A model generated the notes under the pieces. The model was not told where the DNA came from. It saw only the letters and a program-made list of their open reading frames with translations, and ran no database searches. Both the position numbers and the translations under genes were made by a program. DNA of 64,000 nt. It comes from an uncultured Acidimicrobiia bacterium (GTDB lineage Bacteria > Acidobacteriota > Terriglobia > Versatilivoradales > Versatilivoraceae). The stretch is from NCBI GenBank assembly GCA_963786955.1, contig CAWBAT010000002.1:107874-171873 (forward strand), given 5' to 3'. Of this stretch, positions 49,698 through 59,028 are shown piece by piece. The number at the start of each line of letters is the position of its first letter. Within the stretch, counting starts at the first letter, position 1.

Positions 49698-50870
49698 TCA
49701 ACCAAAGCAATATAACCGCCCGTCTTGAGAGCCGATGACAATCCTTCCCTCCGCGATTGCCGGGGAGGCGGAAAGGGGTGCTCCTGCCTCAAACTCCCAG
49801 AGTTTCTTTCCCGTCGTTAAACCCAACACGTAAAAATGCCCGTCGCTGGATCCGATAAACACGCGCTGATCGGCAATGGCAGGGGAACTGTCCACCCGCG
49901 CGTTGGTTGGAAATGTCCAGAGTGATTTTCCGGTTTGTGCGTCGAGACAGTAGACCAGCTTGTCCCGCCCGCCCAAAACAACCTTCCCTTCCATGATGCC
50001 TGCTGACGAGTAGAACGGAAACTGGCGTTCCGGATTCTCATAGCGCCAAACAATTTTATGCGATTGCCTGTCAACGCTCAGGACTTCGTTGTTAAAGGTT
50101 CCGTAATACGCTCGGTTCTCCTCCAAAGCAGGAGAAGCTCCCGTATAGCCTCCGGAGGAAACGCTGAACGCTTCTTTCCCATCGCTGATTCGGATCGCTC
50201 TGAAAATTTCGTCGCACCCGGAAATATAGACCAGGCCTGCGGAGATACTGGGAGTGCAGTGGACGGGACCGCTAATCCGAAACTTCCAAAGCAAGGTGCC
50301 AGTGCGTGCTGCCAAACAATAAAGGGTTTCATCATAAGATCCAATAAATACTCGATCTCCGCTGACGACCGGAGAGGACTTGATCTCAGATCCGGTCGTG
50401 AACGTCCAGGCTCTTTTCCCGTCTATCGATCGCACGGCGTGAAATGTCCCCTGCAAATCACCTACATAAACAATTCCATTCGCAACACAAGGAGACGATT
50501 CGCCAATTCCCTGGTCTGTCTTATACTTCCAGCGTACGGAGCCATTTCTGAGATCCAGGGCGAGCAACTCCGAAGCCTGTGTCCCCACAAATGCTGTACC
50601 CTCAACGATCGCGGCTGAGGACTCAATTGCTTCTCCCGCTTCATAGTTCCAGAGGGTTTTCAAAGCCGTTGGCACACGGCAACGGGCCACTCCCGTTAAT
50701 TCCAGATTCCCGCGAAACTGCGGCCAGCTGGTATCCAATTTGTCTTCTTGTGGAGTCCTGGCAAAAGGAGCCAAGAGCATGGAAATTGGCGCCAACAAGA
50801 AGGATCGTCGTGGAGTCTGTGAACAGGAGGGGTTCTTCTTACGGTTCATAGCCGAAGGTCTGTGCGTCAT
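49698..50870 (-). CDS. Regular 8-bladed PQQ/BamB-like beta-propeller protein (possible Tat signal)
   Basis: PRRSFLL; WPQFRGN; eight regular SSP(A/V)..G.V(Y/F).G..DG.LY.L...TG...W repeats. Confidence 0.85.
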   Translation of the reverse strand: MTHRPSAMNRKKNPSCSQTPRRSFLLAPISMLLAPFARTPQEDKLDTSWPQFRGNLELTGVARCRVPTALKTLWNYEAGEAIESSAAIVEGTAFVGTQASELLALDLRNGSVRWKYKTDQGIGESSPCVANGIVYVGDLQGTFHAVRSIDGKRAWTFTTGSEIKSSPVVSGDRVFIGSYDETLYCLAARTGTLLWKFRISGPVHCTPSISAGLVYISGCDEIFRAIRISDGKEAFSVSSGGYTGASPALEENRAYYGTFNNEVLSVDRQSHKIVWRYENPERQFPFYSSAGIMEGKVVLGGRDKLVYCLDAQTGKSLWTFPTNARVDSSPAIADQRVFIGSSDGHFYVLGLTTGKKLWEFEAGAPLSASPAIAEGRIVIGSQDGRLYCFG

Positions 50871-50926
50871 AATAAACCGTCTGCTTGCAGGCTTCTACAC
50901 GTGTGACAGGATACCTGCGTATCTAT

Positions 50927-51035
50927 TTAATACAAACGTATTATGTATTGTTGCGAATCACCTACGGCGCATAAGAAACACGCACCGTGGCTACCCAAGC
51001 GGGATTGCGACATAAATTTAATGCGTTTGTATTAA
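50927..51035. mobile_element. TIR-bounded MITE-like element containing a REP of the local RAYT family
   Basis: TTAATACAAACGTATTA versus TAATGCGTTTGTATTAA; internal CACCGTGGCTACCC identical to RAYT-flanking REPs. Confidence 0.65.
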
Positions 51036-52177
51036 TAGGCTGCCTGATAGATTTCTAGCGCTCCGGCAGCATTGAATAGGCGAGGATTGAATTGCCCTGT
51101 CCATTGCTGTGTCGCAAGCTCTGCCAACGATTGCAGTTCGTCTTGAGCGATACCTAATTCTCTAAGCCTGAGCGGGAATCCTGCAATCTTCGCAAGGCTC
51201 TCCAAATGGGAAGCCAAGCCTTCTGTCTCATTGCCGCCGTTTGAATGAAGAGTAGATGCTCTCAGCAGTTCACGATAATGGTCGCCAACCACGCTTCCAT
51301 TCCAGCGAACCACGGAAGGGAGCAACAACGCAACAGCGATACCATGGGTCGTACCGAAACGGGCGGTCAGGGGATTTGCGCACGCATGCGTTGCGCCCAA
51401 CATGGAATTTTCGATGGCCACGCCCGCAAAGTGAGCTCCCAGTTGCATGGCAGCCCTGGCTTCGAGATCGCTGCCATCCTTCAAAACGATCTCGAAGTTT
51501 CTTTCCAGGAGATTCCACGCTTCCAATGTATAGAGACGAGATATGGGGGTTCGTTTGGTGGTGACGAAGGTCTCAACGGCATGGGCAATCGCGTCGTAGC
51601 CAGCCGCGGCGGTAACGTGTGGGGGCTGTGTGACTGTCAAGAGAGGGTCCAAAATGACAATTCGAAACGCAGCCTGCGGGTCGCCACAGGCCATCTTCAC
51701 ATGCGACTCGGCATCAGAGATCAATGCATAACTTTGAACCTCGCTCCCCGTCCCGGCAGTTGTGGGGATTCCAATCATAGGCAACATCGGTTGTCGAGCT
51801 TTCCCATATCCCCAATAGTCCTGGATTCTCCCGCCATTACTGAGTACAAAATTGATTCCTTTGGCGCAGTCCATGGAGCTGCCACCACCAAGACCAATCA
51901 AGGAATCGATTCCGAATGGTAACGCCCATTGGTGGCCTTGTTCCACGACGACACTGTCGGGATTCTCCCCAAAATCGTGAAACGAAATGACCTCGATTCC
52001 CGTTTGTTTGAGAATCCGTTCCGCCTGGTCGACAAAGCCCTGTGCCCGAATCCCGGGGTCAGCAACCAGCAGCGTTCGGCTAAAACCTAATTTTCTAGCC
52101 AGATCGCCGAGCCGATCAAAAGTGTTTTTCCCGAAGAGCGTGCGTGTTCGCGGTTGGTAGTCGAAAGAGGAGATCAT
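51032..52177 (-). CDS. Iron-containing alcohol dehydrogenase
   Basis: GGGSSMDCAK, IPTTAGTGSE, DAIAHAVE, HACANPL..HG metal ligands. Confidence 0.92.
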   Translation of the reverse strand: MISSFDYQPRTRTLFGKNTFDRLGDLARKLGFSRTLLVADPGIRAQGFVDQAERILKQTGIEVISFHDFGENPDSVVVEQGHQWALPFGIDSLIGLGGGSSMDCAKGINFVLSNGGRIQDYWGYGKARQPMLPMIGIPTTAGTGSEVQSYALISDAESHVKMACGDPQAAFRIVILDPLLTVTQPPHVTAAAGYDAIAHAVETFVTTKRTPISRLYTLEAWNLLERNFEIVLKDGSDLEARAAMQLGAHFAGVAIENSMLGATHACANPLTARFGTTHGIAVALLLPSVVRWNGSVVGDHYRELLRASTLHSNGGNETEGLASHLESLAKIAGFPLRLRELGIAQDELQSLAELATQQWTGQFNPRLFNAAGALEIYQAAY

Positions 52178-52413
52178 GCAGTGAATGCTTCCGAGGGGAG
52201 AAATGGAGGCTGTGAGTGTTGAATCGAATGTGTTAACGCTGGATACTCGTCACCATCTGTGTCCTGCCTAAATCTTCTCACGATTTCTTCGTCGGCATCC
52301 GATTTAAACCAAAGGCGATTCTTCATCTTTTTTGTTTCTTCCCCCTTTAAGCGTGCAGCCGGTTTGAGCTACTTTCGAAAACACACTTGAATGAGCGTGC
52401 GCGGTCCATATTC

Positions 52414-53985
52414 TCACTTCTTAATCTCGGCAAGCGCATACAACTGGTTTCGGTTCATGATGAATAGGGCTCCATTAGCCGGCACCGCAGACGAGTATAT
52501 GGAACTACCCATGTTCATTTCAGCAATCAATTTCTTCTCTTTTCCTGCCTGAAGCACAACGACATCCCCATCTTCATCGCCCAGGTAGATCTTTCCATCA
52601 ACGAGCAGGGGTGAGCCCCACATCGCTGCGAGCATGTCGTGAACCCAATAAGGCTTTCCTGTTTTCAGGTCGAGACAATGCAGAAATCCGCTAAAGTCAG
52701 CATAATAAATCAACCCGTCTTGGATGGCGCCCGTTGAAATCGAGCGCCGTATCTTGTCGTAGTGCCATACCCGTCCGCTTTCCGTGATATCTCCACGCTT
52801 AGTCGGGTCAATGCAATAAAGATGGCCGATGCCTTCTCCGTGCTCAGGATCTTGTCCATTGGCAATATAAACATGATCCTCATAAATTACGGGTGTAGCA
52901 ATCAGTTCATTCCGGGTCTTCGGCCACACCGAGTCCTTCGGGTTCGCATCAAAGTCCCAGAGTTTTTTCCCGGTGAGCGCCTCGTATCCGCGGATCCAAC
53001 CATCGCCTTGCGCACTGACAACTTGAACTACATCCCCGATTTTGCCAACAGCCGGAGAAGACCACTGTCCATGCAAAATCCGATCACCAACCGAATTGTC
53101 CTCCCATACGAGTTTTCCGGTTGTCTTACTGACCGCAATGATGCTGGGAGCCTTGGGAGAGGGGATATTGACATGGCTCTCATCCTGACCGTTTGAGGTG
53201 CTCACGTAAATCAAATCGCCGTACGATACGGGGGAAGAGTTTGACATATTATGAGGTAGGGAGCCCACTTCTTCCATCATGTCGAATTTCCAAAGGATGT
53301 CAGCGTCCGTAGGGCCGGTGAATTTCTCTTCCTTGTAAGGGCCATTGTTTTCGCCATCCCGAAATCCCTCTGTATCCAGACAGATCAACTCACAGCGATT
53401 GCTCACATAATAGAGCCGTTTCCCTTCCACCAGAGGAGAGGAACAGACACCTTGATAAGGCCAATCATTCACTCGACCCGCCAACAGTTTCTCATGAGTC
53501 GACTGCCAGAGGAATTCACCATCGGATTCGCGAAATGCCATGAGTACTCCGCGGTCCCCCAGCAGTTTGGGATTCTTAAAGCTTTCATTGTTGGTCCCGA
53601 CAAAAACCTTCCCTCCCGCAACTACTGGATTACCGTAACTTTGAGAACCCAGGGTAGCCACCCACCTCACGTTTTTCTTGCTTGCAATATCCCAGCCGGT
53701 CGGAAGACCTTTCATAGAGGAAACCATGTTTCTGTCGGGAGTCCCTCCCCACATCGGCCAGTCGCCGGTTCCCGGATCAGAGGCAGACACGCGAAGCTTT
53801 GGGGACAGCCCAATCAAGGCGACTAAGATCACCATGACGCCGACCCAGAACCCTCCAACTCTCAAAATGGTTACAGCCAATAAATGTCGGTCTGGAACGC
53901 TCTGGCCTTGGGGCCTATTCCGCTGCGTCGAATAATGCCCACTCCCCGATTGATTTGCGTTTGAATGATACGGATATGATCTCAT
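52414..53985 (-). CDS. PQQ-binding-like beta-propeller repeat protein
   Basis: TM/signal; DWPMWGGTPDRNM; LGSQSYGNPVV; GVCSSPLV; HGQWSSP; GQDPEHGEG. Confidence 0.85.
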   Translation of the reverse strand: MRSYPYHSNANQSGSGHYSTQRNRPQGQSVPDRHLLAVTILRVGGFWVGVMVILVALIGLSPKLRVSASDPGTGDWPMWGGTPDRNMVSSMKGLPTGWDIASKKNVRWVATLGSQSYGNPVVAGGKVFVGTNNESFKNPKLLGDRGVLMAFRESDGEFLWQSTHEKLLAGRVNDWPYQGVCSSPLVEGKRLYYVSNRCELICLDTEGFRDGENNGPYKEEKFTGPTDADILWKFDMMEEVGSLPHNMSNSSPVSYGDLIYVSTSNGQDESHVNIPSPKAPSIIAVSKTTGKLVWEDNSVGDRILHGQWSSPAVGKIGDVVQVVSAQGDGWIRGYEALTGKKLWDFDANPKDSVWPKTRNELIATPVIYEDHVYIANGQDPEHGEGIGHLYCIDPTKRGDITESGRVWHYDKIRRSISTGAIQDGLIYYADFSGFLHCLDLKTGKPYWVHDMLAAMWGSPLLVDGKIYLGDEDGDVVVLQAGKEKKLIAEMNMGSSIYSSAVPANGALFIMNRNQLYALAEIKK

Positions 53986-53998
53986 AGCCTCTCTTTTC

Positions 53999-56215
53999 TC
54001 AATTGCTCGTCACCTTTAAATTGTCGAAAAAAATCTCAAATGGAGCATCGGCATAAATTCCAGGACTCCCTTTCCGGTTGGGCAATGTATCCAACTTTTC
54101 AATACTCCAGGCAGAGGGCTCTGCTTCTCCAGCAAGCCAGACCTTTCCAAGCGCTCGAACCTTGCCGTCGGGGAGATTCTCGACTCGTAGCTTCATGTGA
54201 TACCACGTTTCCGCTTTCCAACTAAAAGGAACAGAAACGGTACGGGCTGTCTCCGGCTGCCAGGATTGCAGTTCGAGTTTTTGACTGTTCCCAAACAAAA
54301 CGAGCTCGTAACGCTGAGCGACGATGCCGGCATCCCCCATTTGGCGCCTTTTCTCAGTCGCTTTAATATCTGCTTCAACCGTATAGTCATGCCAGTCCAC
54401 GGGTCCTAGATAAGCCCTGGCACGTTTTGTAAAGGGGTTATCCGCTAACTTTACCAAGACCTTATTTCCTCCAACGTCTCTGACCTCAAATTTGCCCGTT
54501 GCGTTGATCCAATGGGAGGGAGGGGTTTTCGCAACCATTGAGTCAAAAGACTCGTTCCAAGGAAGGGGAGCAATGACGCGCACACGAGCCACACCGGAAA
54601 GGTCGTTCAGGCTGGCTTTCACCTGCCCTGCCTGGCTGAGGTTTCCGGCAGCCGCCACGAAGGTCCCGTCACTCTTGATTTCTCCCTTCAGTTGTTCCAG
54701 GCTCCACGTCGCATCACTCTCCTTGATGAATAGGCCATCTTGATCGAATATTCGCGCATGGAACTTCACACTCTCGCCCGGTTTCAAGACCAGTTCTGTC
54801 GGAACCACTTGAACATGAGCGGCCGGCGAGCTGGAATTGGGCACCGGAGACGTTGCATTGTGCGCTTCAGATGGACTTGCTTTCTTTGTTTTTATGACGC
54901 GTTTTGGCTTCATTCCAATGCAATAAAGGGTGTTGCTCGAAACCAGGTAGATCTTTCCATTGGAAATAGCGACTGTGCCTAGGATCGCTTCGGGCGATTC
55001 TTCGGTACCCAAAAGGTCTGCGTCCAAAATGTCGCACCCTTTTTCACCTGGCTTTAAGATGAAAAACTTTCCGTTTTCGGTACCCACGTAGAGTTTTCCA
55101 TCCGCAAAGACCGGCGAGGATTTTTGGATTGTGCCTAGATTTTGGATCCATAACTGTTTCCCAGTGGCGAAATCAAATGCATAGAGATTTGCCCCGTTGT
55201 CGATCTGGTAGATTCGATCCCCGTCAATGACAGGAGAAGAATAGCCCCCTTGGAATCCTTTGACTGTCCATTTGATTTGATCTTTTCCAACCGGGCCTTT
55301 TGTCGAAGCATCGATCGCCGCCAGCAAGCCCATTTCGACGCTGTCGAGATTCTCTTCACTATGGGAAACGATAGCCCAGTTGTCTTTTAGGACTGCACCC
55401 GTATTGATTCCACGCTTACTCATCTCATATTTCCAGACCGGCTGGCCCGTTTGCGGTTTGAGAGCGTGGACTGCTCCATCGCTTCCTCCCGCAATTAACA
55501 GGCGCGTTCCATTGATCAGCGCCGCAATCGGTGGGGCATAGGTGGTATCAAAGGGTCTCCCCCCTGGCGAACTTACCCAGACCGTTTGGCCGGTATACTT
55601 ATCAAATGCCAGGAATCGGTGTGTGGCCTTGGCCTGGTTCCCCCATCCTGTCGTGATCCCACTGACTAGGATCAAGTCTCCTTCGATGACAGGGGAGACC
55701 GTTCGCCCCCCATGGGTGGTCACTAGGCCAAATTCCTCGGCTAGGGAGCGTTCCCAAATGAGTTTGCCGTCGCGCGTGAGGCCAATAAAGAAGCCGCCGA
55801 CTCCCAACGCGTAGACGTTTCCAGTAACGGGATCGCCCACAGGTGACGACCAACCCACACGATGCGGTGGGACATCGCTTAAATACACATTAAATCGATA
55901 TTCCCAGACGAGCTTTCCGTTATCCGTATCGATGCACAAGACCCGCTCTTGCAAATCCGCACCTTGACCCACTGAATCCAGCAGGTAAAGATGATTTCCG
56001 ACCACGATGGGACCGGACCGGCCTCCATAGGGGGCTTTCCAAAGCAGATGCTCCCCCATAACCGACCAATTGGCAGGAAGTCCGGTTTCCGTGGATTTAC
56101 CATCGCGCGCCGGACCCCTCCATTCGGGCCAATCGTCTCCCAGGAGTGGAGCCACCCAAAAAGCTATAAAGGCGAGAAGAGCAACGTTTCGAAGGGCGCT
56201 TCTACTTTTCAACAT
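53999..56215 (-). CDS. PQQ-like beta-propeller protein with C-terminal Ig-like and ConA/DUF1080-like domains
   Basis: Signal; DWPEWRGP; HRVGWSSP; then VVPTELVLKPGESVKF Ig-like segment and DYTVEAD..WYHMKLRV..FDNLKV. Confidence 0.85.
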   Translation of the reverse strand: MLKSRSALRNVALLAFIAFWVAPLLGDDWPEWRGPARDGKSTETGLPANWSVMGEHLLWKAPYGGRSGPIVVGNHLYLLDSVGQGADLQERVLCIDTDNGKLVWEYRFNVYLSDVPPHRVGWSSPVGDPVTGNVYALGVGGFFIGLTRDGKLIWERSLAEEFGLVTTHGGRTVSPVIEGDLILVSGITTGWGNQAKATHRFLAFDKYTGQTVWVSSPGGRPFDTTYAPPIAALINGTRLLIAGGSDGAVHALKPQTGQPVWKYEMSKRGINTGAVLKDNWAIVSHSEENLDSVEMGLLAAIDASTKGPVGKDQIKWTVKGFQGGYSSPVIDGDRIYQIDNGANLYAFDFATGKQLWIQNLGTIQKSSPVFADGKLYVGTENGKFFILKPGEKGCDILDADLLGTEESPEAILGTVAISNGKIYLVSSNTLYCIGMKPKRVIKTKKASPSEAHNATSPVPNSSSPAAHVQVVPTELVLKPGESVKFHARIFDQDGLFIKESDATWSLEQLKGEIKSDGTFVAAAGNLSQAGQVKASLNDLSGVARVRVIAPLPWNESFDSMVAKTPPSHWINATGKFEVRDVGGNKVLVKLADNPFTKRARAYLGPVDWHDYTVEADIKATEKRRQMGDAGIVAQRYELVLFGNSQKLELQSWQPETARTVSVPFSWKAETWYHMKLRVENLPDGKVRALGKVWLAGEAEPSAWSIEKLDTLPNRKGSPGIYADAPFEIFFDNLKVTSN

Positions 56216-56502
56216 AGATCCTCTTTAATGACCATTTTCACGTATAAATTATTTTCCACGACGCTGTCGTTGCGACTGTCTTGCTGGCAAATTAGAAATA
56301 AAGCCGAATTCCCTTTAATCGCTGCCCCGTCAAAGTATAATCTGAAATGGCTGACCTGGGGAGATGAAACCTTATTTTTCTCAAAAACACTCCCTCCGAT
56401 TGCGGTTGTGCTTTCCCGTGATTGAGATATGCAGTCGGCTTTTACGGCCAATCCGGATCCCAATCACATGAGGCACTCTAGAACTTGAAACTGGAATAGA
56501 CT

Positions 56503-58089
56503 ATGCAAATTCGTCTTCTGCTTGAAAAATGGATTGTGATTTCTTTGGCTTCTGTCGTTTTCCCCCCTTTGGGATTCTTGCTGGTCTGGATTCGCCGCCA
56601 CACGCGAATAACGCGGAAGATTTTCAGTTCGCTTTTGATTTTCGTCATCGGGTTTTTCTATCTTCGATTTTTCGTTGGTTTGCGAATTGAACTGGATGGA
56701 ACCGGCATTTCCCCGTTGATTTCCTTCTATAAGCGGGAGCGTCACTATGCCCGCCTGGAAGAAAGCCGGGCTCATCAGAAACAGACGCCGCCTTTGGCTG
56801 CCCCCTCGACGGTGCAAGCACAACCTCCTCCGGTGGCATCTCAACCTTTCATGCCAGCAAACTCGGCGGCACCAGTTTCGCTTGCAGTCATTCCCGCTTC
56901 CGAGAAAAAGTTAGAATCACAAAAAAACACGCAAAACTACTGGACGGATTTTCGCGGTCCTCGAAGAGACGGCCGCTATGACGAGATGCCTGTTTTGAAC
57001 GAGTGGCCTTCTCCTGGCCCGGCCTTACTTTGGCGGCAACCCATTGGAGGAGGATATGCCAGCTTCGTAGTTGCCGAGGGCAAGGCATTCACGATTGAAC
57101 AACGTCGGGCGCAAGAAGTGGCGACGGCCTATGAGCTGAAAACCGGAAGAGAACTGTGGGCACAGGCATGGGATGGAGAATTTCGGGAATCGATGGGAGG
57201 GGACGGACCCCGAGCCACACCTACGTGGGAGGGAGGACATCTCTATGCTTTGGGGGCTCAGGGGGAATTGCGCTGCCTCGAGGCTAGCACGGGGAAGCTC
57301 ATTTGGAGAAAGAACATTCTTGAGGACAACCAGGCCCAGAATCTCACCTGGGGAATGGCGGCCTCCCCCTTAATTGTTGACAACAAGGTCATCGTTCTTC
57401 CGGGAGGCCCTTCCGGGAGATCGGTGGTTGCTTATAACAAATTGACTGGAGACCCTGTCTGGAAGGTGCTGGATGATAAGCAAGCCTACACCTCTCCCAT
57501 GCTCGTCACTCTCAATGGCCGCCGCCAGCTGTTGGTCGTGAGTGCTCAACGGGCGATGGGGCTAGATCCCGAAGCCGGAACGCTACTTTGGGAATTTCCG
57601 TGGACCACTGAATACGGCATTAATAGCGCCCAACCTCTGATTGTCGGTGAAGACACAATTTTCATTTCAGCAGGATATGGGCATGGCTCCGTTCTTTTGG
57701 AAGTAAAGTCCACAAGTCCTGGATTTGCGGCTCGACCCGTCTGGCAAAACACTTCCATGAAAAATAAGTTTGGCAGCTCAGTTCTCTACCAAGGTCATAT
57801 CTATGGAATGGATGAGGCCATCCTGTCCTGCATTGACGCTACTTCAGGAGAGCGAAAATGGAAAGGCGGACGCTATGGGTATGGACAGCTGCTGCTAGCC
57901 GGGGAATCCCTGATCATTCTTTCCGAATACGGACAACTGGCCCTGGTGAAGGCTAGCCCCGACAAATACTTGGAGGTTTCAGGCTTTCCTGCCCTGGAAG
58001 GAAAAACCTGGAATAACCCCGCCATCGCGGAAGGATATTTGCTGGTTCGCAACACAACCGAAATGGCCTGCTTCCGGATTGCCCCATAG
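56503..58089 (+). CDS. Membrane-anchored PQQ-like beta-propeller protein
   Basis: Two N-terminal TMs, Pro/Ala linker, WTDFRGPRRDG, GPRATP, KGGRYGYGQ, KTWNNPA. Confidence 0.85.
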   Translation: MQIRLLLEKWIVISLASVVFPPLGFLLVWIRRHTRITRKIFSSLLIFVIGFFYLRFFVGLRIELDGTGISPLISFYKRERHYARLEESRAHQKQTPPLAAPSTVQAQPPPVASQPFMPANSAAPVSLAVIPASEKKLESQKNTQNYWTDFRGPRRDGRYDEMPVLNEWPSPGPALLWRQPIGGGYASFVVAEGKAFTIEQRRAQEVATAYELKTGRELWAQAWDGEFRESMGGDGPRATPTWEGGHLYALGAQGELRCLEASTGKLIWRKNILEDNQAQNLTWGMAASPLIVDNKVIVLPGGPSGRSVVAYNKLTGDPVWKVLDDKQAYTSPMLVTLNGRRQLLVVSAQRAMGLDPEAGTLLWEFPWTTEYGINSAQPLIVGEDTIFISAGYGHGSVLLEVKSTSPGFAARPVWQNTSMKNKFGSSVLYQGHIYGMDEAILSCIDATSGERKWKGGRYGYGQLLLAGESLIILSEYGQLALVKASPDKYLEVSGFPALEGKTWNNPAIAEGYLLVRNTTEMACFRIAP

Positions 58090-58097
58090 AAGATAGA

Positions 58098-59015
58098 TTA
58101 ACCAAGGGGAACACGGGGATCGGATCGTACTCCCGTAGCTACGGTGAACCCTTCACGCGAGCCGTGGAATGAGTTGAAGGGTAGCCACGGTGAGCGCTTT
58201 GTGCGAACCGTGGGATTCTTTCATTTCGTATCCCCTTTGATTCATTCACATGATTCATTCACACACTTTTGTGCTCGTTTTGATTCTTATAATATCCAAT
58301 TGTGTCTAAACTTCATCGGTTACGACTTACCGATAAGATCTTCTTCATCACCTGTAACCTCCGCCAAGACCGCCGGACGTTTGGTGATGTGGAGTTCCAA
58401 ACTATTTTAGAAGTAATCGCGGAATCCCGCAATCAGTTAGGATACCTTTTTTGCGGCTATGTCTTAATGCCAGATCACTGGCATGCCTTGATTGCACCGA
58501 GTTATCCAGTAACGATTTCACTGATAATGAAGCAAGTCAAATCGACATGTTCAGGAAGAATCAACAGGCAAAGGGGTAGCCAAGGCGCCAATTGGCAGCA
58601 TCAATTCTGGGACCGCTTCATTAGGCATTCGAAGGAGTTTTCAGAACGATTGGAGTACATGCACTACAACCCAGCTCGAAAAGGGCTGGTTTCAAGCCCG
58701 GAGGATTGGAAATGGTCCAGTTGTAATAACTTTTCTTTGGACAAAACCGTGATCACGGCTTGCCCTATTCAAATTGATTATGTTCACCTGCCCGATTCTT
58801 TTCGGGATTAACGGAAATTGTCGAAACAAAGCCCACGGCTCGCAAAAAGCGCTCACCGTGGCTACCCCGCTTTTTCCACAAATTGATCGTTTGTGTCTCC
58901 CTCATCTCGGCTTCGCGTTCATTTGCGTTTATTCGCGGCTATCCGTGGTTGCCCCATGATTCCCACGGCTCGCAGAAAGCGCTCACCGTGGCTACCCCGT
59001 GTTCCCCGTGGTTAA
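58098..59015. mobile_element. RAYT locus: REP units at 58135-58169, 58179-58215, 58832-58867, 58962-58997 inside an outer 21-bp inverted repeat
   Basis: GGGTAGCCACGGTGAGCGCTT..GCGA.CCGTGGG REPs in inverted orientation; outer TTAACCAAGGGGAACACGGGG / CCCCGTGTTCCCCGTGGTTAA. Confidence 0.85.
58302..58811 (+). CDS. REP-associated tyrosine transposase (RAYT, Y1 HUH family)
   Basis: FFIT, VLMPDHWHAL (HUH), WQHQFWDRFIR, YMHYNP..GLV..PEDW.WSS. Confidence 0.92.
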   Translation: MSKLHRLRLTDKIFFITCNLRQDRRTFGDVEFQTILEVIAESRNQLGYLFCGYVLMPDHWHALIAPSYPVTISLIMKQVKSTCSGRINRQRGSQGANWQHQFWDRFIRHSKEFSERLEYMHYNPARKGLVSSPEDWKWSSCNNFSLDKTVITACPIQIDYVHLPDSFRD

Positions 59016-59028
59016 AGGCACAGAGCAT

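Noticed and set aside
43075-58089. Calling the propellers BamB or PQQ-dependent alcohol/glucose dehydrogenases
   Set aside because: No clear lipobox or bam context, no vicinal Cys-Cys, and most propeller domains are too short for quinoprotein dehydrogenases.
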